A stretch of DNA of 64,000 nucleotides from an uncultured Armatimonadia bacterium (GTDB lineage: Bacteria > Armatimonadota > Zipacnadia > CAVVLO01). Below are positions 9,262-17,816 of this stretch, piece by piece. Under the pieces are notes generated by a model. That model did no database searches. It saw only the letters and a list, made by a program, of their open reading frames with translations, and was not told where the DNA came from. The stretch covers positions 1,152,001 to 1,216,000 of the forward strand of contig CAVVLO010000002.1 in the NCBI GenBank assembly GCA_963749155.1, written 5' to 3'. The first letter of the stretch is position 1; the number at the start of each line of letters is the position of its first letter. The translations under genes and the position numbers were made by a program.

Positions 9262-10617
9262 ATGAAAAGAGCTTTGGTAGCCACAGCAAACGACAAGTGC
9301 CGTGATCTGCTTGAGGGGATGCTCTCAGGCAGAGGCTTTATGGTTGTGCCAGCCAGGGACACCGCTCAGGCTATCAGCCTGCTGGGAGAAAGCGCAACTG
9401 ATCTGCTGCTGCTGGACGCGAGGCTGCCTGGCGCGACGGCGGACTCTGTCCTGCAACTGCTTGAGCCTAACCAGTTTGAGCCGGACCAGAAGGTGCTGCT
9501 GGTAACTTGCGCCTCGGGACGAAAAGTGAAAGAGCAAGGTGCAGCGGCGACCAACTTGCTCGATATGCTCAAGGCCAAAAGCCTCGAAGCCGAGTTGCTG
9601 CGCGAATTAGGCAAGCTGACCGTGCGCGGAGGAGAACTTGGCAGCGCCTGCAGCAAGCTGATGGAACTGGCCCTTCGGCTGACCGGAGCCTCGGGAGCCT
9701 TGCTGGCGGTGCGAGACCACGAGCGGATTGGCTCTCAGGTTGCCAGTACCAAACCACTGACTGCCAGCTTCTGGCGCAGGTTGATGGCACGTACAGCCGA
9801 AGTAGCTGAAGGTCTAGGTCTGGCCAACGTTACAGCTCGACGACTGGAAGAAGGGCTTGAATCAGAACTCGAAGAAGCTGGCGAGAGCGCCAATCCAGAG
9901 AATCCTGCAATTCGAGGCTTCAGAGTTTTCCCCCTTACTGGACGGGGAGGGCCCAGAGGCCTATTGGCGTTAGGGTTTGCTGCCACGCCAAAGCTGAGTC
10001 CCGCAGTAGATGAGGCGCTCAAGCTTGCAGTGCCGTATGGCGGAGTGGTGATAGAGAACCTGCTGCTGCACCGACGACTGTGGGAGATCTCCAGGGTGGA
10101 CGAACTGACGCAACTGGCGAACCGGCGAGAATTCGAAGAACGGCTTTCCGTTGAGTTAAGGCGTTACCGACGCTATGGTACAGGATTCAGCCTGATAATG
10201 ATGGACCTGGACAACTTCAAGGGGGTGAACGACAAACTGGGGCATGTCGTTGGCGATCAGGCAATAGCAGCGGCAGGTCAGGCTTTGCGAAGCACCTTGC
10301 GCGCTGTGGATGTATGCGCGCGATTTGGCGGAGACGAATTTGTGGCCATCCTGCCAGAGACGACCTCCTATCTGGAGTTGATTGGAGGACGCATCCAGGA
10401 GGCCGTTCAAGCCGCCTTGTTACATATACCTGGAGTCGACTCGGTGCCGGAGGTAGGGGTCTCCCTGGGGATAGCTTCCTGTCCAGACCAGGGTACAGCT
10501 CGAGAAGAGTTGCTGGGGGCGGCTGATATAGCGCTTTATCTGGCCAAACGTCCTCAGGCCGTTAAGGTACAACTTGCGAAGGTTGGCGTAAGAGCAACCT
10601 CAGATGCAAGACGCTAG
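9262..10617 (+). CDS. Diguanylate cyclase (REC-like, GAF-like and GGDEF domains)
   Basis: DLLLLDARLPG receiver-like N-terminus; DELTQLANRR, DLDNFKGVND, RAVD I-site and RFGGDEF. Confidence 0.9.
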   Translation: MKRALVATANDKCRDLLEGMLSGRGFMVVPARDTAQAISLLGESATDLLLLDARLPGATADSVLQLLEPNQFEPDQKVLLVTCASGRKVKEQGAAATNLLDMLKAKSLEAELLRELGKLTVRGGELGSACSKLMELALRLTGASGALLAVRDHERIGSQVASTKPLTASFWRRLMARTAEVAEGLGLANVTARRLEEGLESELEEAGESANPENPAIRGFRVFPLTGRGGPRGLLALGFAATPKLSPAVDEALKLAVPYGGVVIENLLLHRRLWEISRVDELTQLANRREFEERLSVELRRYRRYGTGFSLIMMDLDNFKGVNDKLGHVVGDQAIAAAGQALRSTLRAVDVCARFGGDEFVAILPETTSYLELIGGRIQEAVQAALLHIPGVDSVPEVGVSLGIASCPDQGTAREELLGAADIALYLAKRPQAVKVQLAKVGVRATSDARR

Positions 10618-10853
10618 GGGTTAACTTGACTAGCTCTCCACTGAGAGGGTCCTGGCGGTAAGATGAGTTGAGGGCTTGATTGGATAAGAGAGCTAGGCAC
10701 AAGACCAGGAGAGGCAAGCCTAGTAACTGGCACGGTTATCTGGTCAGGAGGCAGGCACGGCCAGGGCTAGTGGACAACTAGCAGGTATCAAGACCTCAGG
10801 CGAGTATTCTCTTCGTAAGTAGCTACTTTTTTTTCCACTGAGAGGGCCTGTGG

Positions 10854-11963
10854 ATGGCTGGACTGGTCGTTGCACTCGATGGCGGAGGCAGCCGGACGCG
10901 CGCGCTTGCAACTGACGGCTCAGGGCAGGTACTGGGAACCGGACTTGGCGGCGCAAGCGCCTTTGTGCGGGCAGGCGGAGCAGTGGTTTTCGAGTCTGTT
11001 GCGAAGGCACTGCAGCAGGCGGTTCCTTCCGAGCTAGGCAAGGAGCCGGCTTCGGTAGCTTTCTGCCTGGGTGGGGGCAACGGTGAGGAGGCCTGTGCTG
11101 CTGTAAAAGCGGTATTGCCGGCAGCCAAGGTGAGCCTGGTTGGAGAGGTCGACTGCGCGCTGGCACTTGGACAAGCGCGGTTGGTAGACCTTGTGGTGCT
11201 TGTTGGGACAGGCGTCATCGCAGGAGCCCCCTCGGGAGATTCGCTAGTTGCATGTGGAGGGATGGGCGCCTTTACAGGAGATGAAGGGGGCGGCTTCTGG
11301 GTAGGTTGGGAAGCCGTGCGAGCTGTAATAAGAGCACTGGATGGGCGCGCACCAGGCACTCTGCTCGAGCCTTTGCTGCTAGCTGAGTCACAACTCTCCA
11401 AGAGTGCTGGCTTACCACGAGACGAGGTTCTTGTCAGGCTGGCTGGTTCTCCAACCGAAAGAAGAGGACTGGCGTACCGACTCGTCTGGGGAGCGCGAGC
11501 CATGGGCAGGCAGCATATCGGGGCGTTGTCTCCTTATGTGAGCCAGGCTGCGCGTGAGGGTGACGAGGTTGCACAGGCTCTCCTGGTAAGGGCGGGAGGA
11601 GAGCTTGCTCGGTATGCACTTGCGCTTGGCCAGGAACTTGAAACTGCAGGGGCAAAGTCTGCCAGGGCAGGTTTTCTGGGAGGGCTGGTGCGATCGAGTC
11701 CTGAGGTGCTGGAAGGGATCAACCTGGAGTTTGCACAAGCAAGATCAGGCCTTGCGGCGGTTATACTTGAGGGCGAGTTAGTGTTTGGGGCGGCTTTGAA
11801 GGCACTGGAGCGTGTGCTTACCCAGGAACAGGCAGCAGTGCTTCTAGAGGACTGGAGCACCAAAGCGCACTGGGCTCTTGCACCCGAGCCCGAGTGGATT
11901 GCCCCGGAATATGGCAGCTTTGAGCCTGGAAGTCTGGCTTCAGAGTTCGGTTCGATCGCTTAG
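10854..11963 (+). CDS. BadF/BadG/BcrA/BcrD-type ATPase, probably an N-acetylhexosamine kinase
   Basis: LDGGGSRT, GTG and GDEGGGFWVG motifs; lies directly upstream of nanE. Confidence 0.82.
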   Translation: MAGLVVALDGGGSRTRALATDGSGQVLGTGLGGASAFVRAGGAVVFESVAKALQQAVPSELGKEPASVAFCLGGGNGEEACAAVKAVLPAAKVSLVGEVDCALALGQARLVDLVVLVGTGVIAGAPSGDSLVACGGMGAFTGDEGGGFWVGWEAVRAVIRALDGRAPGTLLEPLLLAESQLSKSAGLPRDEVLVRLAGSPTERRGLAYRLVWGARAMGRQHIGALSPYVSQAAREGDEVAQALLVRAGGELARYALALGQELETAGAKSARAGFLGGLVRSSPEVLEGINLEFAQARSGLAAVILEGELVFGAALKALERVLTQEQAAVLLEDWSTKAHWALAPEPEWIAPEYGSFEPGSLASEFGSIA

Positions 11964-11973
11964 GAGGTACCCA

Positions 11974-12663
11974 ATGAACCTGGTCGACCAACTGAAGGGA
12001 AAGCTGGTGGTCTCCTGCCAGGCAGGCGATTACAGTCCTTTTCATGGCCCTCTCTTGATGGCAGCTTTTGCCTGGGCAGCCGAAAGAGGCGGGGCGGGGG
12101 GATTGCGCGTCGATAAACCTTGTGACATCGCAGCGTGCAGAAGGATCAGTTCCTTGCCCATAATTGGCATCTACAAAGTGATATATCCAGGAAGCGAGGT
12201 CTACATCACGCCAACTTTTCAAGAAGCCCAGGAGGTAAGCGAGGCGGGAGCGGACATATTGGCTATCGATGGGACTGGTCGTGAACGGCCGCTGGGAACG
12301 GAGCTGGGGGCACTTATCGAGCGCATCCAGGGAGAGTTGGGCAAGCCTGTGATGTGCGATTGTTCGACTGTAGAGGAAGGGCTGCGCTGCGCAGAATTGG
12401 GAGCGGATATTGTTGCTTCCACAATGGCTGGATACACTCCGTATTCTAAAAAAACGGAAGGGCCGGACCTGGAGATGGTAGCCAGGCTGGCAAGCGAGCA
12501 ACCAAAGCCTGTTATCGCTGAAGGGCGTTATTGGTCACCTGAAGAGGCGCGCCTGGCACTGGAGGCTGGGGCCCACGCGGTGGTTGTAGGAACGGCGATC
12601 ACGGTGCCGGAGTGGATAACTTCGCGGTTCGTTGCGGAGATGGCAGAAGCAAAGCGCAGTTGA
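11974..12663 (+). CDS. nanE: N-acetylmannosamine-6-phosphate 2-epimerase
   Basis: LVVSCQA, PIIGIYK, VYITPT, STMAGYT, IAEGR and VVVGTAIT motifs; AGGAGG ribosome-binding site. Confidence 0.93.
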   Translation: MNLVDQLKGKLVVSCQAGDYSPFHGPLLMAAFAWAAERGGAGGLRVDKPCDIAACRRISSLPIIGIYKVIYPGSEVYITPTFQEAQEVSEAGADILAIDGTGRERPLGTELGALIERIQGELGKPVMCDCSTVEEGLRCAELGADIVASTMAGYTPYSKKTEGPDLEMVARLASEQPKPVIAEGRYWSPEEARLALEAGAHAVVVGTAITVPEWITSRFVAEMAEAKRS

Positions 12664-12689
12664 CCCGGCTTGAAGAGCTAGGTTATAAG
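12660..12689 (+). promoter_or_regulatory. Putative sigma70 promoter of the membrane-protein/GlmL cluster
   Basis: TTGACC, 18-bp spacer, TATAAG, overlapping the nanE stop. The first 13 bp are identical to the ahcY promoter. Confidence 0.55.
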
Positions 12690-12697
12690 CAGACACT

Positions 12698-13150
12698 GTG
12701 AGCCGGCAAAGCAATACCTCAGTTCCGATACTTGGGTGGACAGTGCACCTGGCCAGGCAGCAACCTGCTCGCGCCTGGGGTGTCCTTTTGGCGATCCTCG
12801 GAGCATCAGTTTTAGCCTGGTGGGCCTTGGGAGCGCCTGCTTATGGGTTGCTTGCCGCCTTTTTACTGATTATGAGCCTGTCGGATTTCTATTTTCCAGT
12901 GAAATTCGAGTTGACGGAGCAGGGCGCAAGAGAGAGCTGCCTTGGGCCCAGGCGATATATCCAATGGAAGGAAGTGCGCCAGGTGTTCGTCGATGCGAAA
13001 GGCGTGAAGCTTAGTCCCCTTGCTGAGGAAAGCAGGCTCGAAGCTTATCGAGGCCTTTATCTGCGGTTCGCTGATAATGCCGAATTGGTAGAGGAGACAG
13101 TCAGAAGGCTTTGGGAGAAGGCGAAAACGGATGAGGAGCTTCGGCAGTGA
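12698..13150 (+). CDS. Hypothetical protein with two TM helices and a PH-like C-terminal domain
   Basis: Hydrophobic hairpin followed by FELTEQG...IQWKEV...KLSP..SRLEAYRGLYLRF; overlaps the next ORF. Confidence 0.75.
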   Translation: MSRQSNTSVPILGWTVHLARQQPARAWGVLLAILGASVLAWWALGAPAYGLLAAFLLIMSLSDFYFPVKFELTEQGARESCLGPRRYIQWKEVRQVFVDAKGVKLSPLAEESRLEAYRGLYLRFADNAELVEETVRRLWEKAKTDEELRQ

Positions 13151-13445
13151 GCCGGTAAGCCCGGAGCAGGAAACACTGCTGCTGGGTCAAATAGTTACCT
13201 TTGTAACCGCTCGCCGGCTGGAAGTACCTGCCGTCTTCCTGCTTGAGTTGACAAAACCGCTCAGTTTTATAACGAGCCAGGCTGTGGTGCTTGCCTCCCC
13301 AGTCCTTGGCGCTTTACTGGGACTAGCTACTGCAGAGGCGCTATATTGGGTTCTTGAAGACAGAGCGCGGGTAGAGAAACTTATACAGAGTATCGAGGAG
13401 GCCGCAACTCTGGCTCCGAGCGACCAGCAGAGCAAGCCGGACTAG
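13131..13445 (+). CDS. Small hypothetical protein
   Basis: 104 aa with RRLEVPAVFLLELTKPLSFITSQ; tight operon spacing. Confidence 0.72.
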   Translation: MRSFGSEPVSPEQETLLLGQIVTFVTARRLEVPAVFLLELTKPLSFITSQAVVLASPVLGALLGLATAEALYWVLEDRARVEKLIQSIEEAATLAPSDQQSKPD

Positions 13446-13448
13446 CCG

Positions 13449-14297
13449 ATGGACAAGACTCTTCAGGATGCGATGGCCGAGCACGCCACATATGGCACCA
13501 GCGTGATGTTGTTGGTGCTTATAACCGTGTTGCTTGGTTTCGTGTTCACGGCGCGGCGCGGAAGAGAGTTATATGTAAGGCGCATCCCTGGGGTGGACGC
13601 CATACGCGAGGCCGTTGGGAGAGCCACCGAGATGGGCAAGCCCGTGTTTTTCTCGATTGGACTTGGTGGCATCGACATCGTTACCTTGCAGGCGCTTTCT
13701 ATCGCAGGTTATGTAGCCCGGCTTGCAGCCAAATATGGGACGAAAGTGATAGTGCCGGTAGTGTCGGCACCAGTATACCCAGTTGCAGAGCAAGTACTGA
13801 AAGAAGCGTATCTGGCCGAGGGCAAGCCTGAAGCTTTCAGTGAAGATCAGGTGCGTTTCCTGTCGGGAGAGCAGTTCGCCTACGCGGCAGCGTACGCAGG
13901 GATGATGCATCGAGAAAAGGCCGCGGCAAACCTGATGTTTGGTTTGTTCTATGCGGAGTCTTTGATTCTGGCGGAAAACGGTCAGAGCCTCGGGGCTATC
14001 CAGGTAGCAGGCACAGTCAGCACGACCCAGATACCTTTCTTCATTGCCACCTGCGATTACACTATCATTGGTGAGGAATACTACGCGACTTCGGCTTATC
14101 TTACGCGTGATCCGACCTTGCTAGGCTCGCTTGTAGGGCAAGACTATTCGAAGCTCCTGACTTTGTTGCTTGTGGTCGGAGGGGTAGCCTTGGCGACGCT
14201 TGCGGCCTTGTGGCCAGAGCTGGCAGGGCTTGATATGAAGCAGTTAAGCGAACTATACAAGGGGTTGTTCGAGTTCATCCCTCCCAATGGAAGCTAG
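13449..14297 (+). CDS. DUF6754-like membrane protein
   Basis: TM helix, then VRRIPGVDAIREAVGRATEMGKPV...FYAESLILAE...QIPFFIATCDYTIIGEEYYA, then a TM helix. Family name is from recall. Confidence 0.8.
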   Translation: MDKTLQDAMAEHATYGTSVMLLVLITVLLGFVFTARRGRELYVRRIPGVDAIREAVGRATEMGKPVFFSIGLGGIDIVTLQALSIAGYVARLAAKYGTKVIVPVVSAPVYPVAEQVLKEAYLAEGKPEAFSEDQVRFLSGEQFAYAAAYAGMMHREKAAANLMFGLFYAESLILAENGQSLGAIQVAGTVSTTQIPFFIATCDYTIIGEEYYATSAYLTRDPTLLGSLVGQDYSKLLTLLLVVGGVALATLAALWPELAGLDMKQLSELYKGLFEFIPPNGS

Positions 14298-15114
14298 AGC
14301 CTGGTACCAACTAGAGCCGGGAACGGCCGCTTTCTATCTTGCGCTTGCAGGCGTGCTGCTGGGCGGCGTTGGCTTTCTGCTGCTACTGACTGCTTTGCCG
14401 AAGAAGGGCAAACAGTATCTGATTATCGCTTTCACTTTCCTCGCGGGGCTATTCTACTCGCTGGAATACTACCTGCCGGCAACCTCGCCCGAGGGCAACC
14501 TGCTGAGTCCCTACATCATTTCGGTCGGCGAGATAGCAATGGTAGTTGGGGCTTTCTCCTTCTTGCTCGGAGTCATCAACCTGACGATGCTGCATGGCAA
14601 CAGTATTGCCAAAAAGCGCAAAGGCTGGGGCGCGTCGGTAGTTTTCTTCGCAGGCTTCCTTACCACGGTCGTCGCCGGCCTGTTGCAGTTTTATAAGGGA
14701 GCACAGGATCCAGGCGCGGAGAAAACCATCTACGATGCCATCTGGTCGTATCTGTTTGACGGGATGCTGGTGCCACTGCAGGCAACCACTTTCTCTCTGC
14801 TCGCCTTCTACATCGTGTCAGCTTCCTACCGCGCTTTCAGGGTCAGGTCACGAGACGCGCTGCTGATGCTGGCTGCGGCGGTCGTGCTGATGCTGGGGCA
14901 GGTAAATGCGGGGCAATGGCTGACGCACTGGATTCCTGAAGATTCGACCTGGTCTTTTCTCAGAGTAGAAGTTATAGCCAATTGGCTGCTTTCTACAGTA
15001 AATATGGCGGCGCAGCGAGCAGTGCTGTTTGGATTGATGGTAGGCGAACTCGCAATGGCGCTACGGATATGGCTTAGCCTGGAGCGCGGCGCTTTCTTCG
15101 AAAGGAAGCTATAA
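14287..15114 (+). CDS. Polytopic membrane protein of unknown function
   Basis: About 7 hydrophobic segments; ATTFSLLAFYIVSASYRAFRVRS motif. Confidence 0.82.
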   Translation: MEARAWYQLEPGTAAFYLALAGVLLGGVGFLLLLTALPKKGKQYLIIAFTFLAGLFYSLEYYLPATSPEGNLLSPYIISVGEIAMVVGAFSFLLGVINLTMLHGNSIAKKRKGWGASVVFFAGFLTTVVAGLLQFYKGAQDPGAEKTIYDAIWSYLFDGMLVPLQATTFSLLAFYIVSASYRAFRVRSRDALLMLAAAVVLMLGQVNAGQWLTHWIPEDSTWSFLRVEVIANWLLSTVNMAAQRAVLFGLMVGELAMALRIWLSLERGAFFERKL

Positions 15115-15122
15115 GGGGCAGC

Positions 15123-15980
15123 ATGCTGGAGTGGCTTGCAAAATTCAGGCAGGTAGACCGGCGCCTAATATATCTGGTGCTGACGACGGTAGTGGTGGCG
15201 CCTTTCTTCCTGCCAATGGAGCTTCCAATCTACCCAAGTCCGCCGGCTCGGACCTTCTACGAGGCAGTCGAGGCAGTACCTGCGGACCGGCTTATATTGA
15301 TAGGGGCTGACTGGGATGCAGGCACCCAGGGCGAGATGAGCCCCCAATCAGAGGCCGTTATCGCACACCTGATGAAATCAAAGAAGCGTTTTGCGATCTG
15401 GTCTGCTTTTGTCCAGGGGCCGCTTCTGACACAGACTATCTGTGAGCGGATAGCACCAGAATTTGGGGCGAAGTATGGCGAGGATTGGGTCAATATCGGC
15501 TACCGGACCGCCACGTTCAACACGCTGATGGCGGCGGTGAAGGACTTCCAGGGCACCTTCAAAACGGATTATAAGAACACTCCCCTGGAAAAGTTACCTG
15601 TACTCGATGGCATCAAAGACGTCAAACAGATCGGTATGGTAATTGACTTCTCGGGCTCAATGATGATGCCGACCTATATCAACGTGTTTCAGCCTTACAA
15701 AGAGACCAAGCTCTGTGCAGGGGTAACGGCAGTAATGGGGCCGGACTTCTTCCCCTTCCTTGACGCGGGGCAAATAAAGGGCTTGCTGTTAGGACTTAAA
15801 GGAGCAGCCGAATACGAAGCACTGGTTGGCCGCCCCTCCCAGGCAACCTCGTCAATGAATTCGCAGTCGCTGGCTCACCTGTTGATAATACTGTTGATAG
15901 TGCTGGGCAACCTGGGACTGGTGGCTCAGCGAAAGCTCGAGGCTCGGCAGGCAGAGCAAGACCAGGGGGGGGGGAAGTAG
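15123..15980 (+). CDS. Membrane-anchored protein of unknown function (TM, alpha/beta domain, TM)
   Basis: DRRLIYLV N-terminal TM, YGEDWVNIGY, GLKGAAEYE and a C-terminal TM. Confidence 0.82.
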   Translation: MLEWLAKFRQVDRRLIYLVLTTVVVAPFFLPMELPIYPSPPARTFYEAVEAVPADRLILIGADWDAGTQGEMSPQSEAVIAHLMKSKKRFAIWSAFVQGPLLTQTICERIAPEFGAKYGEDWVNIGYRTATFNTLMAAVKDFQGTFKTDYKNTPLEKLPVLDGIKDVKQIGMVIDFSGSMMMPTYINVFQPYKETKLCAGVTAVMGPDFFPFLDAGQIKGLLLGLKGAAEYEALVGRPSQATSSMNSQSLAHLLIILLIVLGNLGLVAQRKLEARQAEQDQGGGK

Positions 15981-16603
15981 TGGAAAACCAACTGGCTATG
16001 ACTACTTTGGCCGCCCTGCTTACGCTGGCTATCTTCTCAATTCTGTATAAGGAAAACATCGTATACAGGTATGCAGAGCACCTGTTCGTGGGCATTGCAA
16101 CCGGATATGGCCTGGTCATCACCTGGAAAGACGTGCTGGTGCCAAAGTGGCTTGATCCGATGCTTTCCGGTGGGGCCTGGCCGTGGATGTTTGCAATGGT
16201 CGCGGGTCTTATGTGGTACACGATTTTCTTGCGCAAGTATGAATGGACCTCCAGGCTGTTGATTGGCACTTTTATGGGACTTGCCGCCGGGGAGAGTTTC
16301 CGCGCTTTCGGCACTTTCTATATGCCACAGATTACGAGTTCTTTCCGCCCCCTCTGGGCCGGGAGTGTTGGCGCTTCGCTCAACCAGCTCGTGGTCTTCA
16401 TCACACTGGTGACAGTACTCAGCTATTTCTTCTTTGCCTTCCGGTATGAGCGAAAGGTGCTGCAAGTATCAGCTCAAACGGGGCGATATCTGCTTATGCT
16501 GTCATTTGGGGCCATCTTCGGATCGACAGTGATGGCCAGACTTTCCTTGTTCATCGAACGAATCCACTTTCTGCTGAAAGACTGGCTGCATCTAATTAGG
16601 TAA
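15980..16603 (+). CDS. Polytopic membrane protein of unknown function
   Basis: LYKENIVYRYAEHLFVG and GRYLLMLSFGAIFGSTVMARLS; about 6 TM helices; stop/start overlap with the previous gene. Confidence 0.82.
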   Translation: MENQLAMTTLAALLTLAIFSILYKENIVYRYAEHLFVGIATGYGLVITWKDVLVPKWLDPMLSGGAWPWMFAMVAGLMWYTIFLRKYEWTSRLLIGTFMGLAAGESFRAFGTFYMPQITSSFRPLWAGSVGASLNQLVVFITLVTVLSYFFFAFRYERKVLQVSAQTGRYLLMLSFGAIFGSTVMARLSLFIERIHFLLKDWLHLIR

Positions 16604-16669
16604 CCTTGGCTTAGCCAGGTCATCAGTCAGCATACCGGAGAAGGCTTTTTTTCCACGATTGGAGCTTAT

Positions 16670-17816
16670 ATGGAACTGTCAGTACTGCACGTGGAAACCG
16701 GCAAATACTGGACCGGTGGGACTGTCCAGGTGCTGAACCTGCATAACGCGCTTACTGAACGCGGAGTGCGGTCGTTGCTGATAGCGCCCAGGGGAAGCGA
16801 GATAGCAGCTCGAGCCCAGCAAGCTGGACTGCCAGTCGAGGAACTGCCTTTTCGCGGAGAGGGAGATTTACTGGCTATATGGCGCCTGCGTTGTATCATC
16901 AGAAAATTTCGACCAACAATCCTCGAACTTCATCAGCCGGCGGGGTGCACCACTTCTGGGAGAGCTTGCCGCCCTCACAATCTCCAGGCGCAGTCGCCCC
17001 AAGGTTATCGTGCATCGCAGAGTTGACAACCGACCAAGTAGTGATCATCTTCAGCGCTGGCAACTCACTCGAGGTTGTGACTTCGTAATCGCCATATCAC
17101 GACGCATCTACAATGTGCTAATCGAATATGGGGTGTCCAGAGAGAAACTCGAGCTTGTCTATAGCTCAGTTGATATAGACGGTTTTGCGGAGCCCTATTC
17201 TCAGGAAGAGTTCGCGAGTCTGCTGGATTTGCCCGCCGAGGCCCAGGCTGTGGGCATTGTGGCTCAACTTATCGAGCGTAAAGGTCATTCTGACTTGTTG
17301 AAAGCTTTTGCCAGGGTGGCAGCAGAGTATCCCAACCTGTATGTCGTGGTATGTGGTCGCGGGCCACTTGAAGAAAGCCTGCGCACTGAAGCCCAGACGC
17401 TGGATATAGCGGACCGAGTGCGATTTCCAGGTTTCAGGCAGGACTTGCGCCGGTTGCTTCCCCGGTTTGCAATGTTGGCACATCCTGCTTATATGGAAGG
17501 GCTTGGGGTGGCTGTCCTCGAAGCCATGGCAGCAGGAGTCCCTGTAATCGCCTGTAATGCCGGAGGCCTGCCCGAGATGGTGCTAGACAGGCAAACTGGT
17601 TTACTGGTGGAGCCGGGAGATGTCGCAGGACTTGAAACCGCGATACGTCGTTTGCTGGAAAGCTCGGCGCAAGCAGCCCGTTATGCGGAAGCAGCACGCA
17701 CAAAAGTAATAGAAGATTTCTCGCTGGAAACAATGGTGGACAGGACGCTGGCAATCTACGAGCGGCTTCTACTACCAAAGTCTGGCAAGGAGAGCTTTGA
17801 TAGCGATGGGGCTTGA
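16670..17816 (+). pseudogene. GT4-family glycosyltransferase with a +1 frameshift near 16934 (pseudogene or sequencing error)
   Basis: Removing one C from catcagccgg restores ...ILELHSRRGAPLLG...KVIVHRRVD. The C-terminal half has RKGH and EGLGVAVLEAMA. Confidence 0.85.

Noticed and set aside
10745..10785. c-di-GMP-II riboswitch (ggcac...gctagtggacaac) next to the GGDEF gene
   Set aside because: Only a superficial match; the GTGC pseudoknot partner and 5' consensus are missing. Kept only as an unassigned structured region.
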